This document shows positions 19,178 through 28,300 of a stretch of DNA of 64,000 bases, one piece after another. How positions within the stretch are numbered: position 1 is the stretch's first letter; each line of letters starts with the position of its first letter. A model generated the notes under the pieces. That model did not search any database, was not told the origin of the DNA, and was given only the letters and a program-made list of their open reading frames with translations. Source of the DNA: an uncultured Oscillospiraceae bacterium (GTDB lineage Bacteria > Bacillota > Clostridia > Oscillospirales > Oscillospiraceae); NCBI GenBank assembly GCA_964367935.1, contig CAYIYZ010000005.1:77215-141214 (forward strand), read 5' to 3'. The translations under genes and the position numbers were made by a program.

Positions 19178-21580
19178 ATGTTTAGTGATCGAGCAAGTAG
19201 GGAGCAACTTCGTGGCGCCTTAGAGGATAAGTTATGCGCACAGTTCGGAGTTCAAAACAAGGACGCCACCGACGAACAGGTATTTCGTGCGGCAGCTTTG
19301 GTAGTACGTGAGCGAATGAGTAGAATACTCGCATTCGAACAACGTGACTACTCAAAAAAAGAGGTGCACTATCTGTCCATGGAATTTCTGATGGGTAGAA
19401 GCCTTGAAAAGAACGCCTACAACTTAGGAATAAAAAATGCACTGTACGGCGCATTGAGGGACATGGGCAGAAATCCCGACGAAGTGTTCGGTCGCGAACC
19501 CGACGCTGGGCTAGGTAACGGCGGACTCGGACGCCTTGCCGCCTGCTTCATGGACAGTATGGCAAGTTTAGGTATAGAAGCCACCGGCTACTCCATCTGC
19601 TATGAGCTCGGTATATTCAGGCAGATTATAGAAGACGGTGGTCAAAAGGAAGAGGCCGACGTTTGGCGCAGTTCTGCCGAGAGCTGGCTCGTACCCTGTT
19701 ATGATGACTCTTGTGAAGTGCGCTTCGGTGGCAGAGTTCAGGAAAACTGGGATAATTCCGGTTTGGTCTCTACCGAATACATTGACTACACACCTGTCAT
19801 CGCCATTCCTCGTGATATGCTCGTTGTAGGTTATGAGGGCAACAACGTCAACACCCTGAGGCTTTGGGAAGCACACAGCCCCAACTCTGTCGATATGTTT
19901 AAGTTTTCTGTAGGTGAGTATGTGGCGAGCATGGAACAGCGTACAATGGCAGAAGTTATTACGAAAGTACTCTACCCTGCCGATGACCACATCTCAGGTA
20001 AGACTCTCAGATTAAAGCAACAGTACTTCTTCGTTTCCGCCACTGCGCAGACCTTGGTAAAAAAGCATAGGAAGCGCTGGTTGGATGTTAGCACCCTGCA
20101 CGAGCATCACGCTGTGCAAATCAATGATACTCACCCTTCACTTGTAATTCCGGAGCTCATGCGCATTTTGATGGACGAGGATGGTTTGGGTTGGGATAAA
20201 GCATGGAACATAGTCTGCAACACTGTTATGTATACAAATCATACCGTCATGAAAGAAGCACTCGAGTCTTGGCCTCAAGGTCTCGTACAGAACCTTCTGC
20301 CGCGGATTTATGAAATCATCTGCGAGATTAACAAGCGCTGGCGTAAGGAACTTGAGAAGCAGTTTAAAGGCAATATGAGCAAGGTTTCAAGCAATGCTAT
20401 TATAGATGGCGGTCAAATCCACATGGCTCGTATGTGCGTTGCAGCGAGTAAGAAGGTAAATGGTGTTTCAGGACTACACGGTCAAATTTTAAGTCGTGAG
20501 CTTTTTGGTGATATTTGGAAACTCAACCCTGACAAATTTACCTTTGTCACAAACGGCATTGACCACAGGCGCTGGCTTGCACAGATTAACCCCGAGCTTC
20601 ACGAGCTTATTGTCGAGTTAATCGGTGACGGTTACCTACGTGAACCTACAGAGCTTGAAAAGCTCATGGAGTTCGAGCACGATAAAAATGTGCACCAGAG
20701 ACTTAGAGAGATTAAGAAGATTAACAAGCAAGTATTTGTTGATTACTTGTATCAAACCCAGGGTGAAAAAGCCGATATCTCCTCCGTTTTTGACGTGCAA
20801 GTTAAGCGTTTACATGAATATAAGCGCCAGTTTATGTGTGCGATGCTTATTACGCATCTGCGAAATCAGCTGCGTGACAATCCTAATATGGATTTTACGC
20901 CACGCACCTTTATATTCGGCGCTAAGGCTGCGCCAAGTTACACTACCGCCAAGAGGATAATAGAGCTTATCTGCTCTCTTGCAGAGGATATAGAGCAAGA
21001 CAAAAGATGCAAAGGCAAGTTGCAGGTCGTCTTCTTAGAAAACTATCGTGTTTCAACCGCAGAGCGACTTATGCCCGCATCTCAGATTTCTCAGCAGATA
21101 TCTACAGCCGGCAAGGAAGCTTCAGGTACTGGTAACATGAAGCTAATGCAAAACGGAGCTATTACCATAGGAACACTTGACGGTGCAAATGTTGAGATGC
21201 TCGGGCAGCTGGGTAATGAGAACATGTTCCTTTTCGGCATGAATGCGGAAGAAGTAGCGACTTTGGCGAAGGGCCCATATGATCCTTCACTAATGGTTAG
21301 AGAGAGTACTAAGCTATCACGAATATTTAACAGGTTCTCTCGTGGCTTCTCTGACGGTAAAAGCTACTCCGACCTTGTGACCCAGATGATATACGGCGGT
21401 GACCCCTACATGCACATTGCGGATTTCGACTCCTATGTATCCTGCTATGAGCGCATGTACAGCGCCCTAAGTGACGAGACTGAGTTTGCACGCATGAGCC
21501 TTGTCAACATTGCAAAGAGCGGACTATTCGCAGCAGACAGAGCAATTTCTGAGTATGCTAAGAATATTTGGCGCATCTAA
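19178..21580 (+). CDS. glgP: Glycogen/alpha-glucan phosphorylase
   Basis: 800 aa with GLGNGGLGRLAACF and the PLP-lysine block EASGTGNMKLMQNGA. RBS GAAGGAGG. Confidence 0.9.
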   Translation: MFSDRASREQLRGALEDKLCAQFGVQNKDATDEQVFRAAALVVRERMSRILAFEQRDYSKKEVHYLSMEFLMGRSLEKNAYNLGIKNALYGALRDMGRNPDEVFGREPDAGLGNGGLGRLAACFMDSMASLGIEATGYSICYELGIFRQIIEDGGQKEEADVWRSSAESWLVPCYDDSCEVRFGGRVQENWDNSGLVSTEYIDYTPVIAIPRDMLVVGYEGNNVNTLRLWEAHSPNSVDMFKFSVGEYVASMEQRTMAEVITKVLYPADDHISGKTLRLKQQYFFVSATAQTLVKKHRKRWLDVSTLHEHHAVQINDTHPSLVIPELMRILMDEDGLGWDKAWNIVCNTVMYTNHTVMKEALESWPQGLVQNLLPRIYEIICEINKRWRKELEKQFKGNMSKVSSNAIIDGGQIHMARMCVAASKKVNGVSGLHGQILSRELFGDIWKLNPDKFTFVTNGIDHRRWLAQINPELHELIVELIGDGYLREPTELEKLMEFEHDKNVHQRLREIKKINKQVFVDYLYQTQGEKADISSVFDVQVKRLHEYKRQFMCAMLITHLRNQLRDNPNMDFTPRTFIFGAKAAPSYTTAKRIIELICSLAEDIEQDKRCKGKLQVVFLENYRVSTAERLMPASQISQQISTAGKEASGTGNMKLMQNGAITIGTLDGANVEMLGQLGNENMFLFGMNAEEVATLAKGPYDPSLMVRESTKLSRIFNRFSRGFSDGKSYSDLVTQMIYGGDPYMHIADFDSYVSCYERMYSALSDETEFARMSLVNIAKSGLFAADRAISEYAKNIWRI

Positions 21581-21594
21581 CTTACAAAAAATGC

Positions 21595-21634
21595 CTTGGG
21601 AGAGCTCATAAACTCCTCGCTCTCCCAAGAATTT
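21595..21634 (+). terminator. Probable terminator after glgP
   Basis: CTTGGGAGAGC/GCTCTCCCAAG stem with a 13-nt loop, then AATTT. The U-tract is weak. Confidence 0.4.
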
Positions 21635-21665
21635 AAAAAAATATGACAAAAATCGAAAAAAAAGC

Positions 21666-21694
21666 TTGATTAATGCTATCATGTGATATATAAT
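21666..21694 (+). promoter_or_regulatory. Sigma-70-type promoter for tRNA-Leu
   Basis: TTGATT (21666-21671), 17-nt spacer, TATAAT (21689-21694), about 38 nt upstream of the tRNA 5' end. Confidence 0.5.
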
Positions 21695-21731
21695 ATTCAG
21701 GTAGCTTTGATTTAATTGAGTTGCAACATAT

Positions 21732-21816
21732 GCGGATGTGATGGAATTGGCAGACATGCGAGATTTAGGTTCTCGTGTCGCGAGACGTGGGGGTTCAAGT
21801 CCCTTCATCCGCACCA
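21732..21816 (+). tRNA. tRNA-Leu (anticodon UAG), CCA encoded
   Basis: Acceptor GCGGATG/CATCCGC. Anticodon stem CGAGA/TCTCG with loop TTTAGGT (anticodon TAG). Long variable arm and T-loop TTCAAGT, ending in ACCA. Confidence 0.9.
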
Positions 21817-21841
21817 GGCAGCGTGACGCTGCACCAATTCG

Positions 21842-21875
21842 CGCCTTAGGCTTTTGCTTAGGGCGTGATTTTTTT
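21842..21875 (+). terminator. Intrinsic terminator in repeat unit 1
   Basis: CGCCTTAGGCttttGCTTAGGGCG (2 G.U pairs) followed by TGATTTTTTT. Confidence 0.7.
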
Positions 21876-21940
21876 GCCCGCGTCGAGGCAAATACTATAT
21901 CGACAATCGCACCAGCAACGTGACGTTACATCCAAATTCG

Positions 21941-21974
21941 CGCCTTAGGCTTTTGCTTAGGGCGTATTTTTTTT
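21941..21974 (+). terminator. Intrinsic terminator in repeat unit 2
   Basis: The same hairpin as unit 1, followed by TATTTTTTTT. Confidence 0.7.
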
Positions 21975-22094
21975 GCCCGCGTCCATGCAAGTCCTATATC
22001 TCCAATCGTCCAGCGAGAAAAAACTCGAAACACTATCTCTTCAAACCTTTTGAATCGCACTCAGTTTTGCGACCAAATTATTATCTTTAAATGT

Positions 22095-22123
22095 TTGAAA
22101 TATATGCCTTATGCATATATAAT
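22095..22123 (+). promoter_or_regulatory. Near-consensus sigma-70 promoter of the AT-rich cassette, overlapped by GCATAT/ATATGC palindromic half-sites
   Basis: TTGAAA (22095-22100), 17-nt spacer, TATAAT (22118-22123). Palindrome TATGCATA lies in the spacer (22110-22117), and GCATATGC lies downstream at 22153-22160. Confidence 0.5.
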
Positions 22124-22221
22124 AAGTGTTGGTAGAGAAATGTATGTAATTAGCATATGCAAATATGTGATATTTAATTTTAAGACAAAATGCTATAGTG
22201 GAATACAAAGGAGGTCTATTT

Positions 22222-23439
22222 ATGTTTAAATTAGCGAGTAACACAGAAATCGGAGAATATCTATCAAAGTTAATTGATGAGAATTACAAATCCACACGAC
22301 AATTCGGTATAGCCTACATAAAGCTCGATGGTGGCGAAGCAAATGAAGAAGAAATTAAAAAAATGGCAAATCGTTTATCGCAGATACGCAATGGTAACAA
22401 AGGGATACAAATATTCGACTTACCTATTTTTTCGCAGCTGTTAAGCGTTTCCTGTGAAGAAATTTTAAGTGCAGGAAAAAGCTTTTTGCCATCCTCAAAT
22501 CATCTTACTAATTACTCAGTGGCACTTTCTAGCGATAGAAAAGTGTGGGAAAGTTATGTCCAGAGAGAAGACAGTATTGTTTTGAATGCAGATGAATACG
22601 GTAAAACACTAATACACTATGCGCTCGATTTTAAAAATTATGATCTTCTCAAATTTTTATTAGACGAAGAATATATATGGTTTATTGGAGCAGATAGAAA
22701 TGATTATTGGGGAAGCTTTGGAGCAGGCACAAGCATTAAATATCATCCGATAGAGCAAAAAAATTATAATGTTTTAGATTCCAATCTAAAAGAGGAATCA
22801 GAACTTTGGACTAAAATGATTGTACTTGCAATAGAAAACAATGATTTTGAAACACTCACAGATCTTAAAGCAAGAGAACTGCCATCGTTCTATCAAGCGT
22901 GCTATCTTTCCTGCACTCCGGCAAAGTGTGAAGAATATTATAACGAAGCAGTTATCACGGCTATTGCTAAATCGAAAAACAGCAAAATAATAAATTACTT
23001 TGCTGAAGAGTTTGAGATAATAGACAGAATCAATCTTGTCAATAAGTTTGTATTTCCGTTTATGAGCGAGCTGATTGAACGCATGATTAAGAGTAAGCAC
23101 AATGAGGTGACCACCCTTTTAAAAAGTGCGATTAAGCATAACATTTACGCATATGAAAAAATCAATAAGATTGTAGCTGACTGGGAATCATACTTTAACG
23201 AACTCTTTAACGCTGATACAGCGCCTGCAAAAAATGTTGTTGATAAAGCCATTTATAGAGAGCTCGATTTTTATGATGATGGCAATATGGTGAGTATGCG
23301 TAGTCACAACGCTAAAGATGGTATCGTTACAAATATCATAAAAGTAAACACTAAGTCCGATAACGCAGAAGTAAATGCTTTGATCGACGAGCTAAATGAA
23401 TTGTTCGAAAAAATTCACAACATAAAGCCAAGAATTTAA
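22222..23439 (+). CDS. Hypothetical protein: XRE-type HTH N-terminus, ankyrin-like repeat region, unknown C-terminal half
   Basis: Start moved to ATG 22222 (RBS AAAGGAGG at 22207-22214). The HTH-like stretch is IGEYLSKLIDENYKSTRQFGIAYIKL...LSQIRNGNKGIQIFDLPIFSQLLSVSCEEIL. The ANK-like stretch is DEYGKTLIHYALDFKNYDLLKFLLDEE. The gene is AT-rich. Confidence 0.55.
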   Translation: MFKLASNTEIGEYLSKLIDENYKSTRQFGIAYIKLDGGEANEEEIKKMANRLSQIRNGNKGIQIFDLPIFSQLLSVSCEEILSAGKSFLPSSNHLTNYSVALSSDRKVWESYVQREDSIVLNADEYGKTLIHYALDFKNYDLLKFLLDEEYIWFIGADRNDYWGSFGAGTSIKYHPIEQKNYNVLDSNLKEESELWTKMIVLAIENNDFETLTDLKARELPSFYQACYLSCTPAKCEEYYNEAVITAIAKSKNSKIINYFAEEFEIIDRINLVNKFVFPFMSELIERMIKSKHNEVTTLLKSAIKHNIYAYEKINKIVADWESYFNELFNADTAPAKNVVDKAIYRELDFYDDGNMVSMRSHNAKDGIVTNIIKVNTKSDNAEVNALIDELNELFEKIHNIKPRI

Positions 23440-23450
23440 AGGAGTTTATT

Positions 23451-23627
23451 ATGGGTAAATTGATTTTCAACTATAGTGATGGAGACTACATATACACACA
23501 TTCTGACACGATGGGGATGGATTCTGATGGAAATATGATAGTGAAAATATCTGAAAATATGGTTATGAATATAGAGTACGGAGATTTGCATATCGTATCT
23601 GACTGGAATGACGAATATAATTTTTAG
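23451..23627 (+). CDS. Small acidic hypothetical protein (58 aa), absent from the supplied ORF track
   Basis: ATG at 23451, 6 nt after AAGGAG. The RBS overlaps the stop of the upstream gene. Translation is MGKLIFNYSDGDYIYTHSDTMGMDSDGNMIVKISENMVMNIEYGDLHIVSDWNDEYNF, with TAG at 23625-23627. Confidence 0.6.
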   Translation: MGKLIFNYSDGDYIYTHSDTMGMDSDGNMIVKISENMVMNIEYGDLHIVSDWNDEYNF

Positions 23628-23683
23628 TAATTATTAGTCTCACAACGACGAAATCTCCCATTTCACCATCACTACGTAACACA

Positions 23684-23713
23684 AAAGAGAGGCTTAATTC
23701 GAAGCCTCTCTTT
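23684..23713. terminator. Bidirectional terminator between convergent genes
   Basis: AAAGAGAGGCTTaattcgAAGCCTCTCTTT. Confidence 0.7.
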
Positions 23714-23723
23714 CACATTCTGT

Positions 23724-25076
23724 TTACTGCGCTATCTTTGCAATTTCATATTCTATGGTAAAACTCTCGCCATTATAATCATAGTCATAAGCCGCATAGA
23801 GCGAACCATTTATCAGCATAGGAATCAACCAATTCTCCTCTTCCTCCACGTACGGTGCACCACCATACAGCCATGCATGACTGTCTTCTATCGGGAAAAA
23901 TGTATAGTCGTGAATGTCTATATTAAATGACATCAAGTCTACTGCACTATCCGATCCCGCCTCACCATTGGCATACAATTCAAAGTACACCCCGATATCG
24001 TCCTGACCTATATACGCCCATGCCTCGTACTCGCCGGATATATCATCAGAGCCCGAATAGTTGCTGATCGTTACTGTGCCATACCAATTAGAGGGATACT
24101 CGAGCATTTCACTTGCCACCGTTTGCTCTGAGCCATAACCCGGCGCTACAAAACCATTTTGACCTAAGACCGTTCCACTCGAGTCATTGCCTTGCGACGA
24201 CATTGCTCCGCTCATGCCACTGCCCGGCTTCGAGCCTATGCCGGTGCTATCCGAGTCGCCGCCACCAAGCATCGATATTATGATAACCAGTACCACCAAG
24301 GCCGCAACTCCTATTCCTATGTACATTAACAGCTTCTTATTCATAGGCTTTGACGCCGTTGCTACGCCGCCCTGCGGATGTTGTTGATATTGTTGTGGTG
24401 GTGCTGTATATTGCGGCGCTTGCACCGGCGGTGCTGTGTACTGCGGCGCTTGCACCGGCGGTGCTGTATACTGCGGCGCTTGCACCGGCGGTGCTGTATA
24501 CTGCGGCGCTTGCACCGGCGGTGCTGTATACTGTGGTTGTTGCGCCGGCGGTGCTGTATACTGCGGCGCTTGCACCGGCGGTTCTATGTGCTGTGGTTGT
24601 TGCGCCGGTTCTTGAACAGGCTGCTGTTGCACAGAACTGCCACCTAAATCAAAGGAATAACTTCCCATCACATCACTCTTATCAAAATTTGATTCCAAAA
24701 TAAATTGACTTATATTATCATTAGAACGTGGATTGCCGGGCGCGTATTCCAGCCACTCTTGCGCCTGTTTGGGAACATCCTCTACAGGTGCCACCACCTC
24801 CACCGGCTGAGGTGCAGGCTCCACAGGTGCCACCACTTCCATAGGCTGAGGTTCAGGCTCTACAGGCGCCACCACTTCCACAGGCTGAGGTTCAGGCTCT
24901 ACAGGTGCCACCACTTCCATAGGCTGAGGTACGGGTACTTGTGTCGTCAGTTCATTTACTATCGGGGCAGTCTCTATCGGTGCTGCAACTGAATCTAACA
25001 TCGTCTTTGCGCCACAGTCGCCGCAAAACCTCGCCCCTTCTGATAATTTGTGTCCGCAATTACTACAAAATGCCAT
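23724..25076 (-). CDS. Zinc-ribbon membrane protein with two Pro-rich tandem-repeat tracts and a C-terminal extracytoplasmic domain
   Basis: N-terminal MAFCSNCGHKLSEGARFCGDCGAK. It has 4 copies of PVEVVAPVEPEPQ and about 7 copies of PPVQAPQYTA. A single TM (LLMYIGIGVAALVVLVIIISML) precedes a C-terminal globular part of about 170 aa. Confidence 0.7.
   Translation of the reverse strand: MAFCSNCGHKLSEGARFCGDCGAKTMLDSVAAPIETAPIVNELTTQVPVPQPMEVVAPVEPEPQPVEVVAPVEPEPQPMEVVAPVEPAPQPVEVVAPVEDVPKQAQEWLEYAPGNPRSNDNISQFILESNFDKSDVMGSYSFDLGGSSVQQQPVQEPAQQPQHIEPPVQAPQYTAPPAQQPQYTAPPVQAPQYTAPPVQAPQYTAPPVQAPQYTAPPVQAPQYTAPPQQYQQHPQGGVATASKPMNKKLLMYIGIGVAALVVLVIIISMLGGGDSDSTGIGSKPGSGMSGAMSSQGNDSSGTVLGQNGFVAPGYGSEQTVASEMLEYPSNWYGTVTISNYSGSDDISGEYEAWAYIGQDDIGVYFELYANGEAGSDSAVDLMSFNIDIHDYTFFPIEDSHAWLYGGAPYVEEEENWLIPMLINGSLYAAYDYDYNGESFTIEYEIAKIAQ
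24391..24612. repeat. 30-bp in-frame tandem repeat (about 7 copies) inside the zinc-ribbon gene
   Basis: The unit TGCACCGGCGGTGCTGTATACTGCGGCGCT starts at 24421, 24451, 24481, 24511, 24541 and 24571, with degenerate copies at both ends. Confidence 0.9.
24784..24939. repeat. 39-bp in-frame tandem repeat (4 copies) inside the zinc-ribbon gene
   Basis: The unit ACAGGTGCCACCACTTCCATAGGCTGAGGTTCAGGCTCT and variants start at 24784, 24823, 24862 and 24901. Confidence 0.9.
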
Positions 25077-25251
25077 ACTTACCTCCTTATGTTGTCATTG
25101 TCCCTTTACTAATATTTACGCACTATGCTCTCAAGTAGGTACATCTTAATCTATTATATTATTATATCAATTCAATAAAACGCTGTACACATGCTTAAAC
25201 ACAGTATTTATATATTTACTATACTTTTTTATCCCTTTTGCTTACAGATAC

Positions 25252-25286
25252 AAAAACTCTGCCTCTATATTCAGGGCAGAGTTTTT
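25252..25286 (-). terminator. Intrinsic terminator after the hybrid kinase gene (symmetric)
   Basis: AAAAACTCTGCC(11-nt loop)GGCAGAGTTTTT. Confidence 0.75.
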
Positions 25287-25318
25287 ACTCACACATTTCA
25301 CATTTTACTTGTATCGCA

Positions 25319-28300
25319 TCAGTTGTAATACTGCAATGACATCTCATTCTTCATACCTTCTACCACTGTGCGTGCCTGATAGTAATCAAAAGAATCGACC
25401 AAAGATTTTAATCTCTTTAGCATTTCATCTAACGCACCCTTCCACTCATACGAAATACATTCTTGAATGCTCTTTTCCAAAACATCAATATCAAAGGTGG
25501 TAAGCGCATCTTCAATTTCCTTCAAGTTGCTTTCCAACAAAGCTACATTGCCTTCTTCTCTTTCCTCAAAGTTTCTCATTAAATTTCGCTTTAAATGCTC
25601 ATCAATCGCACTTAACAACTCACGGAACATGTTTTCAAACTCTGCAGAGTGCTCCATGATGTAGGCCAATTCGCCCTTAATAGCCGCATCTTCAAGACTT
25701 CCTGCCTCACGAGAAACCGAAAACGCTCCTATAGAACCTGCCGCACTCTTTAATGCATGTATCTCTATCCTATATACTTCAATGTCACGACTCGCATTTG
25801 CCGCACTTAGTGTCTCAAGTCTATTTATGCCATCAAAGTAAAACGTATTTAAGACATCATAATAATCTTCCAACTTGCCGCCAATCAAACTTATGCCATA
25901 GTTCGTATTCACTCCGGCTATCATCACTTTATGATCCTTTGTATCACGTTCAAACGTAACTATAGGCTCTTGCTTATCTTTCGGCAACCATCTCTGTAAC
26001 ATCTCATTTAACTTCTGAGTCTCTACCGGCTTCGCCAAGAAGTCGTCCATGCCTTCCTTTACAAACAGCTCTTTCGCTCCAACCAACGCATTGGCTGTCA
26101 GTGCTATTATCGGTAGTTTCTTGTAATAATCACCTTCCAATTTCCTTATCGCCGCCGTTGCATCTATACCGTCCATCTCAGGCATCATATGATCCATGAA
26201 CACTAAGTCATATTTATTACTTTTAACCATCTCCACCGCTAATGCACCATTTATCGCAGTATCTAAATTTAATCTATACGGAGCCATCAAGCCTGTAGCC
26301 ACCTTTAGATTAACCTTATTGTCGTCCACAACGAGCACTCGAGCACTCGGAGCTACAAAACTGCTGCCCTCTTCCTTCTTAACATTAGCTAAGTCACCGT
26401 CACCAAACACTTGTGCCACTTGTATACAACTTATCGGCAAACTCACTGTCGTCTCGCCCGTATAGATAGTTAAATCGCCCGGATCTGTCATCAGCACGAC
26501 TTTTATATCTAAATTCATCACACTGCACAAATTCTTTATCTTATCTATATGTACCACCGGTGTCAACAAGTAGTCAAACTCACTCTCCCTTAGCAACTGT
26601 GTAAGCTCAGATTGGTTTGCACACACTGTGCACTGTACTTCCAAATCGCTAAAGGTGCGCTCAATCGACTCTGCATACAACTCACGCGCCTCATACAACA
26701 ACACTGTCTTTCCATATGCCTTATTTGTAATTGGTGCAGAGCAACTATAGCGTTGTGGCAAACGAACAGTAAAAATTGATCCCACGCCCTGCTCACTGCG
26801 TACTTCTATCGTTCCACCCATCATCTCACACAACTGCTTCGTTATCGCAAGACCCAGACCCGTGCCCTCAATATTTCTATTCTTCTTCGTATCTACACGC
26901 TCAAACTGCAAAAAGAGTCGCTGCATATCCTCTTCCTTAATGCCCATCCCCGTATCAGACACCGTGCAAATAAGTTCTGCCCTATCGTCTTGCAACTCAC
27001 AACTTACTTCTATATTGATATTTCCCGCCCTGGTAAACTTAATTGCATTACTCACCAAGTTTATCAGCACCTGCTTTATTCTTATCTCGTCACCATATAG
27101 CTCGCCGGGTATGTCAGATTGTATAAATGTGGTCAACAACACCGGCTTATCTTCAAGTCGCATTTTAGATAAACTTATTATATCACTTAATAAGGATGCA
27201 ATATTATACTCTACATTTATTATCTCAAGTTTGCCCGACTCTATCTTAGAGATATCCAATATGTCATTTATGATGACAAGTAAGCTCTCACTCGCCTTCT
27301 TGATTTCCTGAGCATATTCCTCAGTATTTCTGCCCCTACTCTCTCTTAGAACTATCTCAGACATACCCAAAATCGCATTCAATGGCGTCCTAATCTCATG
27401 ACTCATATTTGCCAAGAAATTACTTTTAGCCTCAGAGCTGAGCAAAGCCTCCTCATGCGCCGCTCGTAACTGTTCATCCATCTCGTGTTTATACTGGGCA
27501 TTTGCAAAAAGCTTACCGCTTATATTTAACATGCTCTCATGCGCTTCAGTATAACTTATGTTGCCCTGCTCACAACCTGTCGCTATAATTCCAAAAGGAT
27601 CATTATATAAATATATAGGAGTCGCTATGCTGCCGCCACTATTCTCAATATTATCTCTCACATTATCTTGCCACTGCTCACTCATGCCCGACATGAAATC
27701 CGTTACAGACTTCTCTGTCTCAAATACTGTACGTAACTCAAGCGGTGTCCGGCTATAATTTATGATTACATTACCATCTTCTTTTGAGTGGATTTGGAAA
27801 GCTTCATCTTCTTCAAGCAATTTGCTTATATACTCACTCATATCTTTTACATCAAAAATTATATTATCGTCCGTATCGCCCCTATACATATGTGACAGAT
27901 GAAAGAATTCATATTCCTTGACTTTTATATAGCGCCACAGTGTAAACTCAGAAGTCTTAAACGCCAATGTTAGACTCTTCAAGCACTCAACAAGCACAAG
28001 GTCAAAGTCATCGCTCTCATTTACCGCAAGTAGCTTCTGTGACACATCATTCACCGCCATCAATAGCTGATCCTGCTCTATCAATGTCCATGTCCTAAGC
28101 TCTATCTCATTTTCTAAATGCGTCTGGTGATTCTCTATCTCTTTAAGCGTCTCTTCCAACTGGTACTGTGAATTTTTCAAGCTATCTATATTCAGATGGC
28201 CGCCAATCACCCGTGTAGCTTTCCCATTCTCATCTTTAGATATTATCCTGCCGACATCCCTAGTCCAAATATAATGCCCGTCCTTATGACGCATTCGTAT

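Larger units (their letters stand above)
21810..22006 (+). repeat. Two tandem ~98-nt direct repeats that begin with the tRNA 3' end; each carries a terminator
   Basis: Unit 1 is 21810-21907 and unit 2 is 21908-22006, roughly 85% identical by hand alignment. Both start CGCACCAG. A degenerate third start, CGTCCAG, is at 22007. Confidence 0.85.

Noticed and set aside
21524-21923. ORFs of 96 aa (minus) and 61 aa (plus) overlapping tRNA-Leu and the tandem repeats
   Set aside because: They overlap a clear tRNA and terminators, so they are artefacts of six-frame translation.
21817-23713. Possibility of an intact integrative element or prophage at tRNA-Leu
   Set aside because: No integrase, recombinase, excisionase or phage gene is present, and I found no matching right-end att copy. 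Only a scar or remnant interpretation is offered.
24391-24612. Regular 30-bp repeats that might superficially resemble a CRISPR array
   Set aside because: The repeats are directly adjacent with no spacers. They lie in frame within a long ORF and encode a Pro-rich peptide repeat.
24350-24992. Plus-strand ORFs of 117, 89 and 95 aa opposite the zinc-ribbon gene
   Set aside because: These are low-complexity translations (LRRLHRRCC-type repeats) produced by reading the tandem repeats antisense. They have no RBS and are fully nested in a better gene.
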